From Podarcis muralis (Eukaryota), in assembly GCF_964188315.1 (NCBI RefSeq), contig NC_135663.1, forward strand, positions 24,924,001 to 24,988,000: 64,000 nucleotides of DNA, written 5' to 3'. The notes beneath the pieces are model-generated. The model had not been told where the DNA came from. It saw only the letters and a list, made by a program, of their open reading frames with translations, and searched no databases. This document shows, piece by piece, positions 1 to 13,117 of the stretch. The first letter of the stretch is position 1, and every line of letters begins with the position of its first letter. Position numbers and translations under genes: made by a program.

Positions 1-132
1 GGATAGTGTTTTCGAGGTTACCAGCATGAGTTTGACCAAACTGCGGGAGGTAGTGGAGGACAGAGGTGCCTGGCGTGCTCTGGTCCATGGGGTCACGAAG
101 AGTCGGACATGACTAAACAACAACAACAACAA
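1..132 (+). mobile_element. 3' end of an RTE/Bov-B LINE with (AAC)n tail
   Basis: gcctggcgtgctctggtccatggggtcacgaagagtcggacatgact resembles the recalled Bov-B 3' terminus and is followed by a CAA repeat. Confidence 0.75.
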
Positions 133-236
133 GAGGTTCTTGACAGGAGCATTGTTCAGAATGAAAGGGACATGGGCCTTGTTGCCTCCATCAGGCCGGA
201 TTGATGATCTAGCATCCATACTAGGGACTCGGGTAC

Positions 237-416
237 CAGTGGCGTAGCGTGGGGGGTGCAGGGGGGGCCAGCCGCACCGGGCGCAACATCTGGGGTTAGG
301 GCAAATCCACAGGTTAGGGGGCGCAAATCCACGGGTTAGGGGGCGCAAATCCACGGGTTAGGGGGCGCAAATTACTTGCCTTGCCCCGGGTGCTGACAAC
401 CCACGCTACGCCACTG
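237..416 (+). mobile_element. hAT-type MITE, TIR CAGTGGCGTAGCGTGGG
   Basis: Perfect 8-bp TSD tcgggtac; internal 21-22 bp tandem repeats; inverted sister copy at 8226-8393. Confidence 0.9.
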
Positions 417-1124
417 TCGGGTACCCAAAAAGCTACTGCTTGGGCTATTGCTGTATCTGGATTCAAGGTAAGGAAAGGAGGCTCCTTACAGGCAGATTCA
501 ATTAAGAACTATGGGTGGGGCAAATAGTGCTTTCTTCATAGTGCTGGTGAGTACTATGAATGGAACAAGTTCTTATTTAGAGTCAGGTGACTTAATTGGA
601 AAGGCTATTAAACTACTTCTAGTACCTTAGGCTGCAATCCTAACCCCACTTTCCTGGGAGTAAGCCCCACCGAATTCACTATGACTTACTTCTAAGTAGA
701 CACGATGAGACTGTGCTGCAAGTCTCATCACAATTTTGCTAGAGCCTACTTGGTGCATTCTGGCTGTTCTGGAACTGCAGTTCAAAACCAGCTTTGTTTC
801 AGACTTGATATCACTGCTGCAACTTTCCAGATTTAAGTCAACCACAGCAGCAGGTTTCATTCATTAAATATAAAACACGCACCTTTACATTGTTGGATGG
901 CTATCTAGTTTAACGTCCTTCTGATGCTGGAATACACTACTAGAGCATCCCTGATGTTGGTCATCCAGTCCCACTGTGTATTGGGAGACTCACTCTAATG
1001 GAGAGTAAATCTCCCACTATCACAACACAGTCTTCCACCTTTCTTCCTAATGGTGCAACAGAAAACATGAGTGTTTCCATCCTAGTGGCAGCCCTTCAAA
1101 TATTTGGCCATCATATATGCTCTT

Positions 1125-1475
1125 GGGACGCGGGTGGCGCTGTGGGTTAAACCACAGAGCCTAGGACTTGCTGATCAGAAGCTCGGCAGTTCGAATCCGT
1201 GCGATGGGGTGAGCTCCCGTTGCTCGGTCCTTGCTCCTGCCAACCTAGCAGTTCGGAAGCAAGTCAAAGTGCAAGTAGATAAATAGGTACCACTCCAGTG
1301 GGAAGGTAAACAGCATTTCTGTGCGCTGCTCTGGTTCGCCAGAAGTGGCTTAGTCATGCTGGCCACATGACCCAGGAGCTGTACACCGGCTCCCTCGGCC
1401 AATAAAGCGAGATGAGCGCCGCAACCCCAGAGTCGGCCACGACTGGACCTAATGGTCAGGGGTCCCTTTACCTTT
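1125..1475 (+). mobile_element. Sauria SINE, full length
   Basis: tRNA-like head gggacgcgggtggcgctgtgg...gttcgaatcc and ACCTTT tail; homologous to 32640-33003 and 61753-62116. Confidence 0.85.
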
Positions 1476-1531
1476 TTATCTGCTCTTACTTATTGCTATT
1501 ATAGTTCAGCTATTGATTTGTCGATCTGGAT

Positions 1532-1666
1532 CAGGCATAGGCAAACTCGGTCCTCCAGCTGTTTTGGGACTACAACTCCCATCATCCCTGACCCCTGGTC
1601 CTGTTAGCTAGGGATGGTGGAGTTGTAGTCCCAAAACATCTGGAGGACCGAGTTTGCCTATGCCTG
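1532..1666. mobile_element. Palindromic hAT-type MITE (actacaactcccatcatccc core)
   Basis: Near-perfect hairpin; TSD atctggat/atctagat. Sister copy 8900-9035 has TSD ctgtagtc; degenerate relatives near 17310, 24680, 30370, 60690 and 62800. Confidence 0.85.
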
Positions 1667-1871
1667 ATCTAGATACTTTGAATCAGTTCAACTCATAAGG
1701 AAACTAAGCAACTCTGACAGTACCATATTTCTTTTCTATGATTATTATTTTTACTGTTACACGTTTTTATCAAGAAAGGGTTAAACAAAAGGTTTTAAGT
1801 TGAACACATTCACTATTAAAGCTGTATCATAATCATAGCAGAATTTACTCAAATAAAGCAAAGTCACTTAC

Positions 1872-4800
1872 CGTTGTAAATGTTTTGCAACACTTCAACT
1901 GCTTTAAGGTCATCAAAGCACTTCACTTCAAACCCAAGCTCCGTCAAACTAGTATAAACAGGAACAAGAAAAGTCTTACAAGTTGCATTTGTTTCTTGAT
2001 TTTTCTCTTCTTGAGAAAATGCAGTATTAGAAATGTGTGGGGTACTAATAACTAACCAATGACATATGACATGGTTTCTCCAAAACAGCAATAAAGGAAC
2101 AGGCAAGGAAACAACTTTTTTAAGAGAAAGCTATCCCAACTGTTTTAACTTGAGTAATCTGCTGGGAAGCAGTTTACGAGTGGCTTGATCTTAATTGAAC
2201 AGGAACCAGGGGTTCCTTTCGAAGCTTTCTTGGGACTTCTCAAAGCAAATACTGGATCAAAAAAGTATATTGATAGCTCAACACTCTCCCCTCTGCACCC
2301 CATTATTGATCTGCCATATAATTTATTGGTTGATACAGTGTTCAAGAATAGAGGGAAAATAAGGTATTTTCTCTCCTACAACTCAACAGGTTGCTCTGTG
2401 TACTCCTATGCTGCACTCAAAACTGCTTAGAAGCCATTTTTGGCAAGTAGGTGGTCTATAAATTTAATAGAAAAATAATGTGCAGCCACAAGAGTGGGCT
2501 GGGTGTCTTCTAAGGTACACTTTCAGTTCATGTGGCGTCATGCTTCTCTGCAAAACACAGGTGGCTTGTGACAGACAAGTCAACATGGGAAGGGTTGCCA
2601 TAGGTTTGAAAGCTGCATTCAAAGTGCTTTATATACAGTCATTCTTTCAACTGCACCTGTAATGTTCACCTGTATATTGGCCGGTGAGTCACAATGACCA
2701 GCTAAGAAGCACATGTCTGAGGCAGCATTTGAACTGTGGACTTCACAGCTCATGCTTTTTTAGTCCTTATAGTGCACTCATTGTCAGGGCTTCATCATTT
2801 TTATACACGATGATTTTGTCTTTAGGAAACTTCATTCTTTGGCTTTTTTATGTATAAATGGCATGAAGTTGAACTGGATTCTTCCTACTCCACCCACAAA
2901 CTCACGCATGCTTAAAAATAATTTGAGAACATCTCCACACCTGCGTTTTAGGTTATCCCTGTCAGCTTGGGTGCCACGTCTCTCTGGTAATGTCAAGTGC
3001 CAGAAAAAACGTTCGTGGTTGAAGATCAGAGCAAGTCCCCTCCTCTTGTGGTTCATGTTATACTCCACTGCTGGATCAAAAAGCTGGATGTTTCTACAAA
3101 AATAAGGAGTTTTCAGTTATTAAATGCAGTCTCTCTCTCTCTCGCTGAATCCACTGGATCAAGCCAGGATGCAAAGAACTGTACAACTAGTTATACATGG
3201 CCAGAGGACTTGTATGCTTCTAAAATAACAGGTCCCAATTCCATATGCCAGTTGTAGTTTTGCCAATCAAACAGGATTTATTCCATATGAAGACAGTCCA
3301 GTCATTGTATATACACACACAAATATAAACACATTGCTTTAGGATAGAAAATTTACGCAGCACTGACAACTCTTAATTCTGCGATAAACCCAGTTACAAA
3401 AGTCAAATAATCAGCAAGTACAATTTTGGCTGCTCCTAAAAAAGTTATATTTTGTATTGTGAGCACTTCAGAGCACAGCCATACTTATTAGAGATCCAGT
3501 AAATATTGGGGGTGTGGTTGTTAGAACAACAAGCATATACTGTGGAAAATACTTTTCCGTCTCTTTGTTTTCAGCTACAAACAGCTGTTCAAGGACAATA
3601 GAGATCCTTACCTTTCACCAATGGCATCTGTTTCAGTGTGGTTTTGCTGTCCATCTATAATTTGAAAATAATTCAAAACATGGTTGGCCCAATATACTTA
3701 AAGGCACAAATGAAGTGCATATAAATGATCTATTTTTCAAATAAGCTTATAAAGAATGTAGCATCAACATGTTCCAAAGATGTTTTCATTTGAGATAACT
3801 GGGTTTGTTCCTGTATTAAGATTTTGCTGTAGTAAATCAAGAGCTTCTACAACTCTTGCCCCCAAATCTGTAATTAGCAATCTAAAAAATAGCACCGCTA
3901 CTTTGACTCTTGTTGTTGTTTTTATGTATTAAATTTTGCTGACACCTTTCTCAAACAAACCCAAGGCAACTTACAACAATATAAAAATATACAAGACAAA
4001 GTGAAACAAACTGAAACAAAGTGAAAAACTGGCATTTATCCACACAATATGCAAAATGTAAAAACGGAGCCCCAATATACCAAGGTCTCAATAACACTGT
4101 GTGTTCCTGTAAAGAAGGTTGACACCAAGACAATAATTGCTTATCCCAGAAATTAAGTGTCTGCCTTCCAGTATTATCATATGCCTGAGAGCAGAAGAAA
4201 GTTTTTACATGCCATCAATTGTACTTATGCATGAATAGGTATGTGCAGATTTCAGTCCTGCTTTTCCCCTCCACTGTTCCTGGCTAACAATAAAAAACAG
4301 CATTTCATCTTTTTAAATATTTTACAACTTTTGCCCTAGTTAAAATATTGAAAGTGTATCTGAAGATCTATCTTTCTCAATCTTTTTGAAACTCGAAACT
4401 TCTGCCTCCTGTCTCTACTCTCAAGCCTAATCAATTGTCTTTGGCATAGGTGGACATGCACAAATCCTTAGAGATCTGTTTGTGTGTATCGTTGGATCAC
4501 AGCACCTGCAATGAACAGGGGAACATTCCATTCTAAATGCACATACAGAGAAGCTTCATTAGAACAATAAGCCATGCTTACAAATTTAATGTGTATTAGT
4601 TTATTCCCTATGCAAACTATCCAGCTTGGGTTAATGAAGCAAGAGTGTGCCACCTTCCCATAAATCAGATCCACCTCTGAATGTTTTCACCTCCACAGGA
4701 ATACACCCACACCCCACCTGGGGAGAAAGATTTCCTTCTCCTGCTTGCTCCCCTGTTCTGTTCCCACTTAGAAACGTTTTCTAAGTGGGAACAGAACACT

Positions 4801-7460
4801 TTTTTGAATAGCTTTCAATTATATTTTGAACGAACAGCAGATACTTTACCTCTGTCTTGCAGTACATTCTTGCTGTCCACATGGATTTCTCCTATGGCAG
4901 AAAACAACATATTTAGTGTTGCAATAAAAGTGTAGACTGTTCACTTCTTTTCTATATATAATTGTGTTGGTTCAAAGGCTATGTAGATTCTGCTTGCTCA
5001 TTAAACTCAAGAAGACTTTAATCCAGCCTTGGCCAGGTGTCCAAGCTGTTTTGTGCAGCTGTGTGCCTGCAGAACAGTGACAGGGAAACTGTAGCCTTCC
5101 AGACACTCTTGAATTATATAGAAGACCTTGTCTCTGGCCATGCAGGTTGGGACTGATGGGAATTGAAAGTCCAGCAATGATGCGGCTCTAAGACAAAACA
5201 TGGGTTAGCATGAACAAAAGGGTTCCCAGAGAAATCACAGCCACTGCACTCCTCCCCTGATCCACCTGCTGCAGCAAGGTAAATTATGATTGGGATTAGT
5301 GTGCTGACCAAACCTGGGCTCATAGCTTGTCTTCTTCAAAGAAATCATGAGCTGTAAAAGGAAGAAATGTACAGCTCACATTTTCTCTGGAGTAGAAAAT
5401 GGAAGTTGATGCTGCCCTAAAGACTGTCACATTGTTGTTGCACATGAGACAATGGAGTGTGCCTCTGGGGGGTGAAGTCAAATGGCTGCATTAGCAGCAC
5501 TGAAGTGACCTCCCTGGAGCACAAACCTGGGCAGTGTTTATGGATGTCCTGAGCTGCACAAGGACAAGACTCCCCCCCCCCCTCTTGGCCTCACTGATGT
5601 GTTTCAAAGGAAAGCAGAGGGATGCATTTGGCACCAGCTTGGCAGGAGCTGCTGGAAGACGCCAGCCAATTATCTTAGGGACACCACTCTAGATTTGTAT
5701 AGGGCATGGGTAGGCAAGCTAAGGCCTGGGGGCCAGATCCGGCCCAATCGCCTTCTAAATCTGGCCTGTGGACGGTCTGGGAATCAGCGTGTTTTTACAT
5801 GAGTAGAATGTATCTCTGGGTTATTTGTGGGGCATAGGAATTCGTTCTTTTCCCCCCTTCAAAATATAGTCCGGCCCCCCACAAAGTCTGAGAGACAGTG
5901 GACTGGCCCCCTGCTGAAAAAGTTTGCTGACCCCGGTATAGGGTTTACTCCTTAGCCTTGTCTTCTCCCGAAGATATTCCCCCAAAGCAGCAGAGGTTTG
6001 GGGTCAGTTTTCCTTCTCCTAGATGGGCTACCTCCCAGCTGGATGAGCCCCACCTGCCCCTCACTTCCCTCCACAGCACATGCAGAAACTGTCTTCTTGA
6101 CCACTGGTCTTGTCTGCTCAATCCGCAAAAGCCTGTCTTCGCATGCAGGGGAAGTCCCTAACTCACTGAAGGTTTGAGACCCACCAGGCCAAGTCAAAGC
6201 CATTCTCGGGCATAGCTGTCAACTTTCAGATTTGAAAACAAGGGCTCAGCAGCCTCGAAAATAAGGGATCAGCAACCTCACCTGTTCCGGGGACAGTCTA
6301 CAGGATACAGTATCTAACAAGCCGGGATAGCAGCGGGAAACGGCGCTGGAATAAGGGAATTTCCCGCAAAAAGGAGGGAAGGTTGACAGCTATGTTCTCG
6401 GGGTGTGGCTTCTGCGGCCGCCTGCTGGCAGCTTCTAGGAGCCACAGGTGAGAGCTGAGCGCACCCTGTACTGTTCTTTCCAGTTACCCCCAAATCTGGG
6501 CGTGGGTCTGGCTGGCTTTGCAGCACCACGGAATAACCGGCTCTCCCCAGCAGCCAAGCACCCGACTCCCTGCCCTGCGGGAGCGACAACAAACGTGCCC
6601 GGCAGCTACAACCCAGCCCAAAACACAGCGACGCGGCCACGTGACGACAAGGAGAAGGAGGGGCGGAGCGGGAGGAAACACAGGAAGGCGAGAAAGAACA
6701 AAGGAAGGAGGCGAACAGAAGCCGACTCGAAGCCAGGAGGACAAAGGGCGGGCGTGGACAGCACTTTTGCTTTCTCTCTCCCCCCACCCCAACGGCAAAA
6801 AAGAATAACCCTTAGTGCCCCCCTGCTTGAACCAAGCCTCAGGAGGTCCGTGTATCATATATTGATCGCTAAATGCAAGTACAGATGCACAAGCCATTCT
6901 TTCCTGAACACGAGCGTTCTGCAGAGGATGCGAGTTCTTGCATGCACACCACCCATTTCAAAGAGTCCTGGGAATCGCGGGTTCATAAAGGGTGCTGGAA
7001 ACGGGGGCTCACTGAGGGGTGAGCTGCAGTTCCCAGGGCTCTTCCGGGGAGCAAAAAGGCTTTAAATGGACTGGGTGTCCCCCTGGTTCCCATTCAGACG
7101 TTGACACGCAGGCAGACTCCAAACCCCACCGACGGGATCCCTCGCTCTCTCCGGGGGTTAAAGGCGGCGCGCAGGCTTCCTACTGGGGGGCGCCTTTTGG
7201 AGACCCGTCTCCCGCGGCTGTTCCTCCCCGCCGGGAGAAATCTCCGAGCTCTGACCATGCAGGCGGAGAAGCCGAGCGAAGGGGAAGGAAGAGCCGCCAC
7301 CGGCTGCACCCGGGCCGCGCTCAGGCTTCCTGCCCCGCCGCCCCTCGGTTTCCCCACCAGTGCGCAAAGGGCGCCTTTGTGCACAGACGCCCCTGGCGCT
7401 CGGCTTCCGGCGCCTACCTGAGCCGTTGTTGGAGTTTCTCTGCCGCTTGGAGCTCGCCAT
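1872..7460 (-). CDS. CASP6: Caspase-6, 5' part (exons 1-4); remaining exons lie left of the window
   Basis: join(7418..7460, 3612..3654, 2941..3093, 1872..1948), GT-AG introns with consistent phases. Translation [105 protein letters not shown] keeps the TETD prodomain site and the [24 protein letters not shown] motif. The catalytic SHG/QACRG exons were not found in the window. Confidence 0.95.
5705..5935 (+). mobile_element. hAT-type MITE nested in an older interspersed repeat (~5445-6200)
   Basis: 8-bp TSD gtataggg; sister copies at 11527-11840 and 47980-48231. Confidence 0.85.
6211..6394. mobile_element. hAT-type MITE, TIR CATAGCTGTCAAC
   Basis: Perfect 8-bp TSD ttctcggg. Confidence 0.9.
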
Positions 7461-7800
7461 GGCTGGGCTTTCGACTCGCACGCCCGAGACTGAGGGAGGA
7501 ACCCCCTTGGGTGCTGCTTCTGCCGGAGTCAGCGTTTCTCCTCCTCCAGGCAGCCGCCTCCCTCCGCCCACCTTTTTCTCCCCCTCCACCCAGCCCGAGT
7601 TATCTTCCTCTGTCCCTCTCGGTTATCCAGGCGGGGCGTGGGCTGCTGCTCCTGGGTGGACGCACGGCTCGAGGAAGCTTCCGTGTTCCTTCCCTCCGAA
7701 GGTCAAAGAACTCGCCAGGGCTTGTCCCCGAGGCTTGTTTTCGTTGCCAGCCCCCAACCCTGCCGTCCCAAGACGTGTCCAAGCAAAGCAACAAATGCCA
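6400..7800 (-). promoter_or_regulatory. CpG island around CASP6 exon 1 and promoter (approximate bounds)
   Basis: High GC and CpG content spanning the ATG at 7460 (context cccagccATGG). Confidence 0.7.
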
Positions 7801-8225
7801 ACCGCCTCCCCTCCCCAAGGTGTATACAGTAGTTCCAAGGCTGGCCCAGTTGTGAGGTAGAAAAATAGCACAGGCTTTCTTTCTGGCATTAAAAAACACA
7901 TTGATAATAAATATAATAGCAGATAATAAATATATAGCAGTTTGCTGCCTATTGCCTAATGGCTGGGCCGGTCCTGTTCCTACAACTTAATTTATTTTTA
8001 TTTTATTCTATAATTTTTCATAACATTTTAGAATATTCATTTAAACAACCTTAAAATATCGATGACTTCCCTTCTTCTCTTATCATGATTCACTTTGCAA
8101 AACATAAATCCCTGCATATTTTACATAAACTAAACCATTCAATATTTCATTATTACATCCATCAAAACTTATTTACAGTACACTGTTGTATTTATCTTAA
8201 TGCTGCCAACGGTCTCAAGTGTACG

Positions 8226-8393
8226 CAGTGGTGTAGCGTGGGTTGTCAGCACCCGGGGCAAGGCAAGTAATTTGTGCCCCCTAACCCGTGGATTTGCGCC
8301 CCCTAACCTGTGGATTTGCACCCCCTAACCCTAACCCCCAGATGTTGCGCCCGGTGCGGCCGGCCCCCCTGCACCCCCCACGCTACGCCACTG
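8226..8393 (-). mobile_element. hAT-type MITE, inverted sister of 237-416
   Basis: TIR cagtggtgtagcgtggg; TSD agtgtacg/agtgtaca. Confidence 0.85.
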
Positions 8394-8517
8394 AGTGTAC
8401 ACAATTCCACCCCCCCAATATATTAACTAAACATTTTCCAATCTTCTTTAAACATAATTTAAAGTGCATGTTAGTAGGAGCAGGCCAGTGCATTTTGCCG
8501 CCTGAAGCAAAAGATGT

Positions 8518-8803
8518 TGTTCAATGTCTTTATAAACAATTCGGATGAAGGAATTGAAGGGATACTCATCAGATTTGCAGATGACACCAAACTGGGAGGG
8601 GTAGCAATGCATAGAAGACAGAATCAGAATTCAAAATGACCTTTCCAGATTGGAGAACTGGGCCCAAGCTAACAAAATGTTTTTCAATATGTAAGGTTCT
8701 GCACTTAGGCAGGAAGAACCAGATGCACAGATATAAGATGGGGGACACCTGGCTTACTAGAAGCACATGTGAAAAGGGTCTCTAGGGGTTTTGGTGGACA
8801 CAC
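8518..8803 (+). mobile_element. CR1 LINE ORF2 (RT) fragment
   Basis: Decayed frame ..EGIEGILIRFADDTKLGGVA..RIRIQNDL..LENWA..KVLHLGRKNQMHRYKMG. Confidence 0.85.
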
Positions 8804-11526
8804 TGAAAGGAAATTTCCAAAAGGCAGTTTTTCTGCCTTTATCTATGGGTATTCTCATTGCCTCCATCACCACCCCGCAACTACTGTAAGGCTGTAGTCC
8901 AGGCTTCCTGAACCTCAGCCCTCCAGATGTTTTGAAACTACAATTCCCATCATCCCTGACCACTGGTCCTGCAAGCTAGGGATCATGGGAGTTGTAGGTC
9001 AAAAACATATGGAGGGCCGAGGTTGAGGAAGCCTGCTGTAGTCCTCCTCTAGAAAGAAAATGTAATTGACTAGACATAAAAATGGTTAGCATTCAAGGGT
9101 GTGTACCAATGTTTCCACTTGACAAAAATAAAACATGATATACAGGCTGCTGGCAGGGTGGTAGAGGATATAAACATCACCTGTGATGTAACCCAACACA
9201 AAAAAGCCACTAGCACAACATACACTGTTTCTAACATGTAACATACTGAAGACTAGGAATCGTATCTAATGGTGACTTTGGGCTAGCAGAAGCGTGTCTG
9301 CTTGCATAAGTTAAACATCTGGTTGCTGCTAACCACAATTCCTCCTACCCCAAAAAGCTTTCCCTGCCAGCTGGGTAGAGAATTGGTATGGCCCACAAAT
9401 TGTAAGGAGGGTTGGTGAAAATGGGTTGTCTCACCTTGTTAGCAGAAGCACTTCTAGCACAAGGGTACCATTGACTGCAACCCAGTAACTCAAATGGACC
9501 TTAAGTCTAAGGATCTATCCCTACTTAAATGGGAGTGAGCTCCAATGAATCCATTGGGACTAACTACTGAGGCGTTTTTAGGATTGTGCAGCAAGTGTAA
9601 TAATGTAAATGTTGACAACTTCCAGAGGGATCACTGTTTGTAAGTAGAAAAGCTTCTTCATGAGGCTGGCAAGTTCCCACTTAGTACCACTAAATCCAGT
9701 GTCTTCTGTGGTGACCACTTCCAGGACCGTCTGATTAACATTGCAGGAAGCTGCCTCATACACTGGTCCACCTAGGCCTGCATGTTTGGATGATGGGGGC
9801 TTTCAAGAGTTTCATGTAGAAGCAGTTCCCAGCCCTATATCAGAGACTGAACCTAGGAAAATGTGCATGCAAAAAATCCACGTGCTCTACCATTGTCTTA
9901 TGGCAGGCATCTCCAACAGGTACATCACAATCTACTGGTAGAACACAGGGGTGTCCCACGTAGATCACGGAATGAAGTTTAGTGATCGCCTTTGGTCAAC
10001 TCACCCCTAAAAAAAGCTCAACAACTCCTGCAATGGCAATGGGTAGATCGCAGCCGGTCTTTTTATACTGTGAGTAAATCACAGTCTCTTGAGAGTTGGA
10101 CGTGCCTGTGTTATGGCACTCCTATATAAGAATCACCTTTTCTTTCCAAACTTAAAAATTAAACCTTGGTCAAGGTATACCTGGAATCTTTGATCTCTTA
10201 GTCACAGTTGTGTCAACCCTGTGCTAACATAAATAAATAAAACTATTGGGTCACAGTAACCTGATTTCTGACCCATATACTGTATAAATTTATTCAGTTT
10301 GCATTAACAACAACAACAATAATAATCCCAGACACATATTGACATGCTGTAACCTTTTATTGTTAACTTTAATTGTATTTTAAATTGTTTTAATTATTTG
10401 GTTTTAACTGGTTTTCATTGATAATTTTAATATTTCTTGTAAACTGTTTAAAGGTTTTTATGACAGTCAAGCAGTATACAAATCTTTAAATTGTGGGGAA
10501 ATACAAAAGACCTACGGTATGTGGAGTATGGAAGCCCAATCACCACCTGTAACTAGATATTCTCTTCAGAGCTGCAGACGCCTTTTCTTCTGCACCTAAT
10601 TTTTCACCAGGCACAAACATCTCAGTATAAAGGGCTAGAAATAAACTTCCTTTTTCAGAAACAAATGCAGGTATTTTTCAGGATATTGTACCATGTGCAA
10701 TAGTTTATAAATGTATTGACATTTTTTTTGAATATTCAGAAGGAACCTTGGTCACTATTTATATAACTGACATTTCAATGCCAAAAAAAGTCTTATGCCA
10801 TGTTTGTTGAATTAACATTTGTTAAGAATGCAAAGGGAACATAGCTCAGCATTCTGTAACTGGCCAGAACTTTTATGATTCTCCAGCATTAAATGGTTAA
10901 CACAGTATAAATGCTTCTACCCCAAAGTGTGTTTTGGCAGGGGGGTATGTAACTCTATCAGTTCTAGATTTTAGATCCATGATTAAAGTTTACACTCCTT
11001 CAAACTTCTCCAAATTGAAGTTCTCTTGCTTCTGGCTTGTCATTGCTTTCATTAAAATATCTAGAGAAAGTAGTTTGCTCTTCCTTTCCTCTGGCTTTGG
11101 TTTGTGTTTCGCAGATTGCTCCTACTGAACTTTGTACCTACAGCAAGCTAATAATATAAACTACTAGCTTTGAGTCACATTGCTAGGAATGCTCTTGGCA
11201 GGCCAAAGTAGTCCTGAAATTTGCTGTTTGAATTGCATCTTCATTGCACTTGTGTATTTCGATGAAAGGTTGTTATAGTGTACTTTTTAGGAGCCTTGTA
11301 TTAAATACTTCTTCACAAACCTACAGCTTTAGTTCTGAACCTACTCTTAACCAGAATTTTATTGAAACAAGCCAGCTTCATAAGTCAGTAAACAAAAGCT
11401 ATGCCTAACCACAGTTTGTCTAGCTTCAGACAATTGCAGTTAGCCAAAAATGGAAGGGAAAGTTTCTGACCTTGCAGCCACACTGGGTGCTGCAGGCTCT
11501 CATGTTACATCCAAATGCAGCTAGAA

Positions 11527-11840
11527 CAGGGGTTAGCAACCTTTTTCAGCCATGGGCCAGTCCACCGTCCCTCAGACCATGTGGTGGGCTGGACTATATT
11601 TTTTTTGGGGGGGGGGGGGGGAATGAACGAATTCCTATGCCCCACAAATAACTCAGAGATGCATTTTAAATAAAAGCACACATTTTACTCATGTAAAAAC
11701 ACCAGGCAGGCCCCACAAATAACCCAGAGATGCATTTTAAATAAAAGGACACATTCTACTCATCCCGAATCATCCATGGGCTGGATGGAGAAGGTGATTG
11801 GGCCACATCCGGCTCACGGGCCTTAGGTTGCCTACCCCTG
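11527..11840 (-). mobile_element. hAT-type MITE
   Basis: TIR caggggttagcaa/ttgcctacccctg; TSD agctagaa/agcaagaa; internal tandem duplication. Confidence 0.85.
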
Positions 11841-13117
11841 AGCAAGAATAAAGGCTTGTAAAATGAATCCTGCAGATTTTCCTCAGTATAGTATGCTTCT
11901 CAGTTAAGTTTTATTTATAGCAAAATGACATGACACACACACTGCTTTGACTCTTTAATTCTTCTCCCCCACTTTACACAAATACAGTTCTTTTTTTCTT
12001 TTTCTTTTGCAAATTTTCACGCTAAATTATTTCCCAGAAGAAGATATATCACAGACCACTTTTCAAGTAATTTCATTCAGTAGTTTCTAGTGCTTGTGTG
12101 TTCAGAACTTGAGAACAACTCAGCATTAAAAGTTCACATTCTTTTATAAAAGACAAAATACATTTGACAAAAAACTCTATAAAATCAAAGATAAAAAAAT
12201 GGAACACCCATTTTGTAGGTTTCGATCCAACTAAAGTTGGTTGTGACCAAGACCTATTAAAATTAATAGGGCAGACAGCCCCACTGTTTTGATTGGGTCA
12301 GTTATAATTAACATTAGCAGCATGGGAACAGATTATTTCTCACAAATTACTTCATTTTAATATATATATATAGAAAAGGTTAAGAGAAATTCTATTTCTA
12401 TTAATATCAAATAGGCAAGTACAGACAAATAAATTAGAATCTTTTTCTATTAAAGTCAAATGCGAAAGTACAAATAAATTATTAAAAATCAAGTGGGAAA
12501 CAACCCTTGCAGAGTTCACAAAGCAATTCCATAAGCCTAAAACACAGAAACAATGGTAAAAGTATTCACTAGTCATATTAAGTTCTGAAACAGTACAGAA
12601 GAAACAGGTTTGATAGTCAAATGCTCCGCACACTAAATGCAAATAATTCTCTTGTTCAGGCCAATAATACATATTAAGACACCTTTACTTTACAGAATGT
12701 CTATGTGTCTAAAAACACTTGATTAGAGATCAAAAATAATTTTAAAAATTTATAGTGTTCTTGGATAATTGGGGAGCAGGGGAATCAATAGCTTGGTTTC
12801 ATTGCTTTGGCAGATGGATTTGATGCACCCTAGAATTCCAACATGTAAACAACTTAACTTGGTCAGTTAAAACTTCAAGGGAGATATGCAACCAAGTAAT
12901 CATCAGAGTAGATCCAATGAGGTTAGTGTGCTTAATGTACACAATAGTGGATCTAGTCTGAATATGACTCAGTCAGGTACCATCTATAGTTTTAAGGCAC
13001 TTGAGAATCTGTTGTTAAAGTAATCCTTAAACACTGAGATTAATAATCTGACATGCTATAATTGTTGGTAGAGGCAAATAGTGATCTGGCGCCTATTCAC
13101 TCAAAAGTAAGCTCCAC

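Noticed and set aside
4990-5400. Coding-looking stretch in CASP6 intron 1 with faint resemblance to ORMDL or BCL2-family motifs
   Set aside because: Motif spacing is inconsistent, all frames are interrupted, and no TSD or tail was found. A tBLASTx search would settle it.
6314-7901. Many long overlapping ORFs (e.g. 6448..7065, 7019..7855)
   Set aside because: Stop-poor GC-rich CpG island on both strands; low-complexity R/P/G translations with no recognisable domain. Only CASP6 exon 1 (7418-7460) is supported.
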